64,000 nucleotides of DNA from Eledone cirrhosa. Taxonomy: Eukaryota. Below the pieces are notes generated by a model that was given only the letters and a program-made list of their open reading frames with translations, was not told the DNA's origin and did no database searches. Where the stretch lies: contig OZ024741.1 in assembly GCA_964016885.1 (NCBI GenBank), positions 245,458,001 to 245,522,000 on the forward strand. The letters are read 5' to 3'. Made by a program: the position numbers and the translations under genes. This document shows positions 13,401-25,199 of the stretch, in pieces; position 1 is the first letter of the stretch; every line of letters begins with the position of its first letter.

Positions 13401-16028
13401 TTTTAATGGATTTTTTAAATGAATTTTTTTAATGGATTTTTTTAATGGTTTTTTTTTAATGGATTTTTTTTAATGGGTTTTTTAAATGGATTTTTTAATG
13501 GATTTTTAATGGATTTTTAATGGGTTTTTAATGGATTTTTTTAAATGGATTTTTTTAATGGATTTTTAATGGATTTTTTTAAATTGATTTTTTAATGGGT
13601 TTTTTTTAATGGCTTTTTTAATGGGTTTTTTTAATGGATTTTTTTAATGGATTTTTTTAATGGATTTTTTTTAATGGGTTTTTTAAATGGATTTTTTAAT
13701 GGATTTTTTTAAATGGATTTTTTTAATGGATTTTTAATGGATTTTTTTAAATTGATTTTTTTTAATGGATTTTTTTTTTAATGGATTTTTTTTTAATGGA
13801 TTTTTTTTAATGGATTTTTTTAATGGGTTTTTTAAATGGATTTTTTAATGGATTTTTAATGGATTTATAATGGGTTTTTTAAATTGATTTTTTTAATGGG
13901 TTTTTTTAATGGCTTTTTTTAAATGGGTTTTTTTAATGGCTTTTTTAAATGGATTTTTTTAATGGATTTTTTAATGGATTTTTTTTAATGGGTTTTTTAA
14001 ATGGATTTTTTAATGGATTTTTTTAAATGGATTTTTTTAATGGATTTTTAATGGATTTTTTTAAATTGATTTTTTTTAATTGATTTTTTTTAATGGATTT
14101 TTTTCTTAATGGATTTTTTTAATGGGTTTTTTTAATGGCTTTTTTAAATGGATTTTTTTAATGGTTTTTTTTTAATGGGTTTTTTAAATGGATTTTTTAA
14201 TGGATTTTTAATTGATTTTTAATGGATTTTTAATGGGTTTTTAATGGATTTTTGAAATGGATTTTTTAATGGATTTTTTTTAATGGGTTTTTTAAATGGA
14301 TTTTTTTAATGGATTTTTAATGGATTTTTAATGGATTTTTAATGGGTTTTTAATGGATTTTTTAAATGGATTTTTTTAATGGATTTTTAATGGATTTTTT
14401 TAATGGATTTTTTTTAATGGTTTCTTTTAATGGATTTTTTTTTAATGGATTTTTTTTAATGGGTTTTTTTTTAATGGATTTTTTTTAATGGATTTTTTTA
14501 ATGGATTTTTTTAATGGATTTTTAATGGATTTTTTTTAATGGATTTTTTTAATGGATTTTTTAATGGATTTTTTAATGGATTTTTTAATGGATTTTTTTT
14601 AATGGATTTTTTTAATGGATTTTTTAAATGGATTTTTTAATGGATTTTTTTAATGGGTTTTTTTTAATGGATTTTTTTTTAATGGATTTTTTAAATGGAT
14701 TTTTTTTAATGGGTTTTTTAAATGGATTTTTTAATGGATTTTTAATGGATTTTTAATGGATTTTTAATGGGTTTTTAATGGATTTTTTTAAATGGATTTT
14801 TTTAATGGATTTTTAATGGATTTTTTTAAATTGATTTTTTTTAATGGATTTTTTTTTTAATGGATTTTTTTTTAATGGATTTTTTTTTAATGGATTTTTT
14901 TAATGGGTTTTTTAAATGGATTTTTTAATGGATTTTTAATGGATTTTTAATGGGTTTTTTTAAATTGATTTTTTTAATGGGTTTTTTTTAATGGCTTTTT
15001 TTTAATGGGTTTTTTTAATGGCTTTTTTAAATGGATTTTTTTAATGGATTTTTTAATGGATTTTTTTTAATGGGTTTTTTAAATGGATTTTTTAATGGAT
15101 TTTTTTAAATGGATTTTTTTAATGGATTTTTAATGGATTTTTTTAAATTGATTTTTTTTAATGGATTTTTTTTAATGGATTTTTTTTTTAATGGATTTTT
15201 TTAATGGGTTTTTTTAATGGCTTTTTTAAATGGATTTTTTTAATGGTTTTTTTTTAATGGGTTTTTTAAATGGATTTTTTAATGGATTTTTAATTGATTT
15301 TTAATGGATTTTTAATGGGTTTTTAATGGATTTTTTTAAATGGATTTTTTTAATGGATTTTTAATGGATTTTTTTAAATTGATTTTTTTAATGGATTTTT
15401 TTTTTAATGGATTTTTTTTAATGGATTTTTGTTTTAATGGATTTTTTTTAATGGGTTTTTTAAATGGATTTTTTAATGGATTTTTAATGGATTTTTAATG
15501 GGTTTTTAATGGATTTTTTTAAATGGATTTTTTTAATGGATTTTTAATGGCTTTTTTTAAATTGATTTTTTTAATGGGTTTTTTTAATGGCTTTTTTTTA
15601 ATGGGTTTTTTTAATGGCTTTTTTAAATGGATTTTTTTAATGGATTTTTTTAATGGATTTTTTTTAATGGGTTTTTTAAATGGATTTTTTAATGGATTTT
15701 TTTAAATGTTTTTTTTAATGGATTTTTAATGGATTTTTTTAAATTGATTTTTTTTAATGGATTTTTTTTAATGGATTTTTTTTTAATGGATTTTTTTAAT
15801 GGGTTTTTTTAATGGCTTTTTTAAATGGATTTTTTTAATGGATTTTTTTATTGGATTTTTTTAATGGGTTTTTTAATGGATTTTTAATGGATTTTTTTAA
15901 ATTGATTTTTTTTAATGTATTTTTTTTTTAATGGATTTTTTTTTAATGGATTTTTTTTTAATGGATTTTTTTTAATGGGTTTTTTTAATGGGTTTTTTAA
16001 ATGGATTTTTTAATGGATTTTTAATAGA
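7467..16028. repeat. Higher-order repeat copy B (~8.56 kb; copy A plus a 1.66-kb internal duplication, minus ~556 bp)
   Basis: Same landmark order as copy A; TTTTTGTTTT at 6871 vs 15431 (+8560), identical ORF-track peptides at 6962 vs 15523 (+8561), AATAGA at 7461 vs 16023 (+8562). Confidence 0.88.
8965..12285. repeat. ~1.66 kb tandem duplication inside copy B
   Basis: AATGCA 9265/10928, GGATTTATA 9880/11542, TTTTTGAAAT 10268/11929, GGTTTCTTTT 10438/12098 (offsets 1663 to 1660). Confidence 0.87.
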
Positions 16029-19000
16029 TTTTTAATGGATTTTTAATGGGTTTTTAATGGATTTTTTAAATGGATTTTTTTTAATGGATTTTTTTTAATG
16101 GGTTTTTTAAATGGATTTTTTTAATGGATTTTTAATGGATTTTTAATGGATTTTTAATGGTTTTTAATGGATTTTTTAAATGGATTTTTTTAATGGATTT
16201 TTTATGGATTTTTTAAATTGATTTTTTTAATGGATTTTTTTTAATGGATTTTTTTTAATGGATTTTTTTTTTTAATGGATTTTTTTTAATGGGTTTTTTT
16301 AATGGCTTTTTTAAATGGATTTTTTTAATGGATTTCTTTAATGGATTTTTTTAATGGATTTTTTTTAATGGGTTTTTTTAATGGCTTTTTTAAATGGATT
16401 TTTTTAATGGATTTTTTTTAATGGGTTTTTTTTTAATGGATTTTTTTTAATGGATTTTTTAAATGGATTTTTTTAATGAATTTTTTTTAATGGGTTTTTT
16501 TAAATGGATTTTTTTTAATGGATTTTTTAAATGAATTTTTTTAATGGATTTTTTTAATGGGTTTTTTAAATGGATTTTTTAATGGATTTTTAATGGATTT
16601 TTAATGGGTTTTTAATGGATTTTTTAATGGATTTTTTTAAATGGATTTTTTTAATGGATTTTTAATGGATTTTTTTTAATGGATTTTTTTAATGGATTTT
16701 TTAATGGATTTTTTAATGGATTTTTTTTAATGGATTTTTTTAATGGATTTTTTAAATGGATTTTTTAATGGATTTTTTTAATGGGTTTTTTTTAATGGAT
16801 TTTTTTTTAATGGATTTTTTAAATGGATTTTTTTAATGGATTTTTTTTAATGGGTTTTTTAAATGGATTTTTTAATGGATTTTTAATGGATTTTTAATGG
16901 ATTTTTAATGGGTTTTTAATGGATTTTTTTAAATGGATTTTTTTAATGGATTTTTAATGGATTTTTTTAAATTGATTTTTTTTAATGGATTTTTTTTTTA
17001 ATGGATTTTTTTTTAATGGATTTTTTTTTAATGGATTTTTTTAATGGGTTTTTTAAATGGATTTTTTAATGGATTTTTAATGGATTTTTAATGGGTTTTT
17101 TTAAATTGATTTTTTTAATGGGTTTTTTTTAATGGCTTTTTTTTAATGGGTTTTTTTAATGGCTTTTTTAAATGGATTTTTTTAATGGATTTTTTAATGG
17201 ATTTTTTTTAATGGGTTTTTTAAATGGATTTTTTAATGGATTTTTTTAAATGGATTTTTTTAATGGATTTTTAATGGATTTTTTTAAATTGATTTTTTTT
17301 AATGGATTTTTTTTAATGGATTTTTTTTTTAATGGATTTTTTTAATGGGTTTTTTTAATGGCTTTTTTAAATGGATTTTTTTAATGGTTTTTTTTTAATG
17401 GGTTTTTTAAATGGATTTTTTAATGGATTTTTAATTGATTTTTAATGGATTTTTAATGGATTTTTAATGGGTTTTTAATGGATTTTTTTTAATGGATTTT
17501 TTTAATGGATTTTTAATGGATTTTTTTTATGGATTTTTTTAATGGGTTTTTTTAATGGATTTTTTTTTAATGGATTTTTTTAATGGGTTTTTTTTAATGG
17601 ATTTTTTTTAATGGATTTTTTAAATGGATTTTTTTAATGGATTTTTTTTAATGGGTTTTTTTAAATGGATTTTTTTAAATGGATTTTTAAATGAATTTTT
17701 TTAATGGATTTTTTAATGGGTTTTTTAAATGGATTTTTTAATGGATTTTTAATGGATTTTTAATGGATTTTTAATGGATTTTTTAATGGATTTTTTTAAA
17801 TGGATTTTTTTAATGGATTTTTAATGCATTTTTTTTAATGGATTTTTTTAATGGATTTTTTTTTTAATGGATTTTTTTTTAATGGATTTTTTTTTAATGA
17901 ATTTTTTTTAATGGGTTTTTTAAATGGATTTTTTAATGGATTTTTAATGGATTTTTAATGGGTTTTTAATGGATTTTTTAATGGATTTTTTTAAATGGAT
18001 TTTTTTAATGGATTTTTAATGGATTTTTTTTAATGGATTTTTTTAATGGATTTTTTAATGGATTTTTTAATGGATTTTTTTTAATGGATTTTTTTAATGG
18101 ATTTTTTAAATGGATTTTTTTAATGGATTTTTTTAATGGTTTTTTTTTTATGGATTTTTTTTAATGGATTTTTTAAATGGATTTTTTTAATGGATTTTTT
18201 TTAATGGGTTTTTTAAATGGATTTTTTAATGGATTTTTAATGGATTTTTAATGGATTTTTAATGGGTTTTTAATGGATTTTTTTAAATGGATTTTTTTAA
18301 TGGATTTTTAATGGATTTTTTTAAATTGATTTTTTTTAATGGATTTTTTTTTTAATGGATTTTTTTTTAATGGATTTTTTTTTAATGGATTTTTTTAATG
18401 GGTTTTTTAAATGGATTTTTTAATGGATTTTTAATGGATTTATAATGGGTTTTTTTAAATTGATTTTTTTAATGGGTTTTTTTAATGGCTTTTTTTAAAT
18501 GGGTTTTTTTAATGGCTTTTTTAAATGGATTTTTTTAATGGATTTTTTAATGGATTTTTTTTAATGGGTTTTTTAAATGGATTTTTTAATGGATTTTTTT
18601 AAATGGATTTTTTTAATGGATTTTTAATGGATTTTTTTAAATTGATTTTTTTTAATGGATTTTTTTTAATGGATTTTTTTTTTAATGGATTTTTTTAATG
18701 GGTTTTTTTAATGGCTTTTTTAAATGGATTTTTTTAATGGTTTTTTTTTAATGGGTTTTTTAAATGGATTTTTTAATGGATTTTTAATTGATTTTTAATG
18801 GATTTTTAATGGGTTTTTAATGGATTTTTGAAATGGATTTTTTAATGGATTTTTTTTAATGGGTTTTTTAAATGGATTTTTTTAATGGATTTTTAATGGA
18901 TTTTTAATGGATTTTTAATGGGTTTTTAATGGATTTTTTAAATGGATTTTTTTAATGGATTTTTAATGGATTTTTTTAATGGATTTTTTTTAATGGTTTC

Positions 19001-20360
19001 TTTTAATGGATTTTTTTTTAATGGATTTTTTTTAATGGGTTTTTTTTTTATGGATTTTTTTTAATGGATTTTTTTAATGGATTTTTTAATGGATTTTTAA
19101 TGAATTTTTTTTAATGGATTTTTTTAATGGATTTTTTAATGGATTTTTTTATGGATTTTTTTTAATGGATTTTTTTTAATGGATTTTTTAAATGGATTTT
19201 TTTAATGGATTTTTTGAATGGGTTTTTTTAATGGATTTCTTTTTAATGGATTTTTTAAATGGATTTTTTTAATGGATTTTTTTAATGGGTTTTTTAAATG
19301 GATTTTTTAATGTATTTTTAATGGATTTTTAATGGATTTTTAATGGGTTTTTAATGGATTTTTTTTAATGGATTTTTTTAATGGATTTTTAATGGATTTT
19401 TTTAATGGATTTTTTTTAATGGGTTTTTTTTAATGGATTTTTTTTTAATGGATTTTTTTAATGGGTTTTTTAAATGGATTTTTTACTGGATTTTTAATGG
19501 ATTTTTAATGGGTTTTTAATGGATTTTTTTAAATTGATTTTTTTAATGGGTTTTTTTTAATGGCTTTTTTTTAATGGGTTTATTTAATGGCTTTTTTAAA
19601 TGGATTTTTTAAATGGATTTTTTTAATGGATTTTTTTTAATGGGTTTTTTAAATGGATTTTTTAATGGATTTTTTTAAATTGATTTTTTTTAATGGATTT
19701 TTTTTTTAATGGATTTTTTTAATGGTTTTTTTTAATGGCTTTTTTAAATGGATTTTTTTAATGGATTTTTTTAATGGATTTTTTTTAATGGGTTTTTTAA
19801 ATGGATTTTTTAATGGATTTTTAATAAATTTTTAATGGATTTTTAATGGGTTTTTAATGGATTTTTTAAATGGATTTTTTTAATGGATTTTTTTTAATGG
19901 GTTTTTTAAATGGATTTTTTTAATGGATTTTTAATGGATTTTTAATGGATTTTTAATGGTTTTTAATGGATTTTTTAAATGGATTTTTTTAATGGATTTT
20001 TTATGGATTTTTTAAATTGATTTTTTTTAATGGATTTTTTTAATGGATTTTTTTTAATGGATTTTTTTTTTTAATGGATTTTTTTTTAATGGGTTTTTTT
20101 AATGGCTTTTTTAAATGGATTTTTTTAATGGATTTCTTTAATGGATTTTTTTAATGGATTTTTTTTTAATGGGTTTTTTTAATGGCTTTTTTAAATGGAT
20201 TTTTTTAATGGATTTTTTTTAATGGGTTTTTTTTTAATGGATTTTTTTTAATGGATTTTTTAAATGGATTTTTTTAATGAATTTTTTTTAATGGGTTTTT
20301 TTAAATGGATTTTTTTTAATGGATTTTTTAAATGAATTTTTTTAATGGATTTTTTTAATG
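16029..20360. repeat. Higher-order repeat copy C (partial, matches ~1-4330 of copy A)
   Basis: Landmarks C16336, C17827, TTTGAATGGG G19216, ACTGGA C19486, AATAAA 19823, C20136 match 309, 1797, 3184, 3454, 3791, 4104 at +16027 to +16032. Confidence 0.88.
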
Positions 20361-23300
20361 GGTTTTTTAAATGGATTTTTTAATGGATTTTTAATGGATT
20401 TTTAATGGGTTTTTAATGGATTTTTTAATTGATTTTTTTAAATGTATTTTTTTAATGGATTTTTAATGGATTTTTTTTAATGGATTTTTTTAATGGATTT
20501 TTTAATGGATTTTTTAATGGATTTTTTTTAATGGATTTTTTTAATGGATTTTTTAAATGGATTTTTTAATGGATTTTTTTAATGGGTTTTTTTTAATGGA
20601 TTTTTTTTTAATGGATTTTTTAAATGGATTTTTTTAATGGCTTTTTTAAATGGATTTTTTTAATGGTTTTTTTTTAATGGGTTTTTTAAATGGATTTTTT
20701 AATGGATTTTTAATGGATTTTTAATGGATTTTTAATGGGTTTTTAATGGATTTTTTTAAATGGATTTTTTTAATGGATTTTTAATGGATTTTTTTAAATT
20801 GATTTTTTTTAATGGATTTTTTTTTTAATGGATTTTTTTTTAATGGATTTTTTTTAATGGATTTTTTTAATGGGTTTTTTAAATGGATTTTTTAATGGAT
20901 TTTTAATGGATTTTTAATGGGTTTTTAATGGATTTTTTAATGGATTTTTTTAAATGGATTTTTTTAATGGATTTTTAATGGATTTGTTTTAATGGATTTT
21001 TTTAATGGATTTTTTAATGGATTTTTTTATGGATTTTTTTTAATGGATTTTTTTTAATGGATTTTTTAAATGGATTTTTTTAATGGATTTTTTTAATGGA
21101 TTTTTTTTAATGGGTTTTTTAAATGGATTTTTTTTAATGGATTTTTTAAATTAATTTTTTTAATGGATTTTTTTAATGGGTTTTTTTAAATGGATTTTTT
21201 TTAATGGATTTTTTAAATGAATTTTTTTAATGGATTTTTTTAATGGGTTTTTTAAATGGATTTTTTAATGGATTTTTAATGGATTTTTAATGGGTTTTTA
21301 ATGGATTTTTTAATGGATTTTTTTAAATGGATTTTTATAATGGATTTTTAATGGATTTTTTTTAATGGATTTTTTTAATGGATTTTTTAATGGATTTTTT
21401 TATGGATTTATTTTAATGGATTTTTTTTAATGGATTTTTTAAATTGATTTTTTTAATGGATTTTTTTAATGGGTTTTTTTTAATGGATTTTTTTTTAATG
21501 GATTTTTTAAATGGATTTTTTAATGTATTTTTAATGGATTTTTAATGGATTTTTAATGGGTTTTTAATGGATTTTTTTAAATGGATTTTTTTAATGGATT
21601 TTTAATGGATTTTTTTAATGGATTTTTTTTAATGGGTTTTTTTTAATGGATTTTTTTTTAATGGATTTTTTTTAATGGGTTTTTTTTTTAATGGATTTTT
21701 TTTAATGGATTTTTTAAATGGATTTTTTTAATGGATTTTTTTTAATGGGTTTTTTTAAAAGGATTTTTTTAAATGGATTTTTTTTAATGGATTTTTTAAA
21801 TGAATTTTTTTAATGGGTTTTTTTTTTAATGGATTTTTTTAAATGGATTTTTTAAATGGATTTTTTTAATGGATTTTTTTAATGGGTTTTTTTAAATGGA
21901 TTTTTTTAAATGGATTTTTTTTAATGGATTTTTTAAATGAATTTTTTTAATGGATTTTTTTAATGGGTTTTTTAAATGGATTTTTTAATGGATTTTTAAT
22001 GGATTTTTAATGGGTTTTTAATGGATTTTTTAATGGATTTTTTGAAATGGATTTTTTTAATGGATTTTTAATGGATTTTTTTTAATGGATTTTTTTAATG
22101 GATTTTTTAATGGATTTTTTTATGGATTTTTTTTAATGGATTTTTTTTAATGGATTTTTTAAATGGATTTTTTTAATGGATTTTTTTAATGGGTTTTTTT
22201 TTAATGGATTTTTTTTTAATGGATTTTTTAAATGGATTTTTTTAATGGATTTTTTTTAATGGGTTTTTTAAATGGATTTTTTAATGGATTTTTAATGGAT
22301 TTTTAATGGATTTTTAATGGGTTTTTAATGGATTTTTTTTAATGGGTTTTTTTAATGGATTTTTAATGGATTTTTTTAAATTGATTTTTTTTAATGGATT
22401 TTTTTTTTAATGGATTTTTATTTAATGGATTTTTTTTTAATGGATTTTTTTTAATGGGTTTTTTAAATGGATTTTTTAATGGATTTTTAATGGATTTTTA
22501 ATGGGTTTTTAATGGATTTTTTTAAATGGATTTTTTAATGGATTTTTAATGGATTTTTTTAAATTGATTTTTTTAATGGGTTTTTTTTAATGGCTTTTTT
22601 TTAATGGGTTTTTTTAATGGCTTTTTTAAATGGATTTTTTTAATGGATTTTTTCAATGGATTTTTTTTAATGGGTTTTTTAAATGGATTTTTTAATGGAT
22701 TTTTTTAAATGGATTTTTTTAATGGATTTTTAATGGATTTTTTTAAATTGATTTTTTTTAATGGATTTTTTTTAATGGATTTTTTTAATGGGTTTTTTTA
22801 ATGGGTTTTTTAAATGGATTTTTTAATGGATTTTTAATGGATTTTTAATGGATTTTTAATGGGTTTTTAATGGATTTTTTAAATGGATTTTTTTAATGGA
22901 TTTTTTTTAATGGGTTTTTTAAATGGATTTTTTTAATGGATTTTTAATGTATTTTTAATGGATTTTTAATGGGTTTTTAATGGAATTTTTAAATGGATTT
23001 TTTTAATGGATTTTTTAAATTGATTTTTTTTAATGGGTTTTTTTAAATGGATTTTTTTTAATGGATTTTTTAAATGGATTTTTTAATGGCTTTTTTTAAT
23101 GGGTTTTTTAAATGGATTTTTTAATGGATTTTTAATGGATTTTTAATGCATTTTTAATGGATTTTTAATGGATTTTTTAATGAGTTTTTTAAATGGATTT
23201 TTTTAATGGATTTTTAATGGATTTTTTTCTATGGATTTTTTTAATGGATTTTTTTTAATGGATTTTTTTTTTAATGGATTTTTTTTTAATGGGTTTTTTT

Positions 23301-25199
23301 AATGGCTTTTTTAAATGGATTTTTTTAATGGATTTTTTTAATGGATTTTTTTAATGGATTTTTTTAATGGTTTTTTTAAATGGATTTTTTAATGGATTTT
23401 TAATGGATTTTTAATGGATTTTTAATGGGTTTTTAATGGATTTTTTTAAATGGATTTTTTTAATGGATTTTTAATGGATTTTTTTAATGGATTTTTTTTA
23501 ATGGTTTCTTTTAATGGATTTTTTTTTAATGGATTTTTTTTAATGGGTTTTTTTTAATGGATTTTTTTTAATGGAATTTTTAAATGGATTTTTTTAATGG
23601 ATTTTTTTTAATGGGTTTTTTTAAATGGATTTTTTTTAATGGATTTTTTAAATGAATTTTTTTAATGGATTTTTTTAATGGGTTTTTTAAATGGATTTTT
23701 TAATGGATTTTTAATGGATTATTAATGGGTTTTTAATGGATTTTTTAATGGATTTTTTTAAATGAATTTTTTTAATGGATTTTTAATGGATTTTTTTTAA
23801 TGGATTTTTTTAATGGATTTTTTAATGGATTTTTTTATGGATTTTTTTTAATGGATTTTTTTTAATGGATTTTTTAAATGGATTTTTTTAATGGATTTTT
23901 TTAATGGGTTTTTTTAATGGATTTCTTTTTAATGGATTTATTAAATGGATTTTTTTAATGGATTTTTTTAATGGGTTTTTTAAATGGATTTTTTAATGTA
24001 TTTTTAATGGATTTTTAATGGATTTTTAATGGGTTTTTAATGGATTTTTTTAAATGGATTTTTTTAATGGATTTATAATGGATTTTTTTAATGGATTTTT
24101 TTTAATGGGTTTTTTTTAATGGATTTTTTTTTAATGGATTTTTTTTAATGGGTTTTTTTTTTAATGGATTTTTTTTAATGGATTTTTTAAATGGATTTTT
24201 TTAATGGATTTTTTTTAATGGGTTTTTTTAAATGGATTTTTTTAAATGGATTTTTTTTAATGGATTTTTTAAATGAATTTTTTTAATGGATTTTTTTAAT
24301 GGGTTTTTTAAATGGATTTTTTAATGGATTTTTAATGGATTTTTAATGGGTTTTTAATGGATTTTTTAATGGATTTTTTTAAATGGATTTTTTTAATGGA
24401 TTTTTAATGGATTTTTTTTAATGGATTTTTTAATGGATTTTTTTATGGATTTTTTTTAATGGATTTTTTTTAATGGATTTTTTAAATGGATTTTTTTAAT
24501 GGATTTTTTTAATGGGTTTTTTTTAATGGATTTTTTTTTAATGGATTTTTTAAATGGATTTGTTTTAATGGATTTTTTTTAATGGATTTTTTTTAATGGG
24601 TTTTTTAAATGGATTTTTAATGGATTTTTAATGGATTTTTAATGGATTTTTAATGGGTTTTTAATGGATTTTTTTAAATGGATTTTTTTAATGGATTTTT
24701 AATGGATTTTTTTAAATTGATTTTTTTTAATGGATTTTTTTTTAATGGATTTTTTTTTAATGGATTTTTTTTTAATGGTTTTTTTTAATGGGTTTTTTTA
24801 ATGGATTTTTTAATGGATTTTTAATGGATTTTTAATGGGTTTTTAATGGATTTTTTTATGGATTTATTTTAATGGATTTTTTTTAATGGATTTTTTAAAT
24901 TGATTTTTTTAATGGATTTTTTTAATGGGTTTTTTTTAATGGATTTTTTTTTAATGGATTTTTTAAATGGATTTTTTAATGTATTTTTAATGGATTTTTA
25001 ATGGATTTTTAATGGGTTTTTAATGGATTTTTTTAAATGGATTTTTTTAATGGATTTTTAATGGATTTTTTTAATGGATTTTTTTTAATGGGTTTTTTTT
25101 AATGGATTTTTTTTTAATGGATTTTTTTTAATGGGTTTTTTTTTTAATGGATTTTTTTTAATGGATTTTTTAAATGGATTTTTAATGGGTTTTTAATGG

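Noticed and set aside
15523-15705. Second identical 60-aa ORF
   Set aside because: Identity results from the 8.56 kb higher-order duplication, not from coding conservation; useful only as a landmark.
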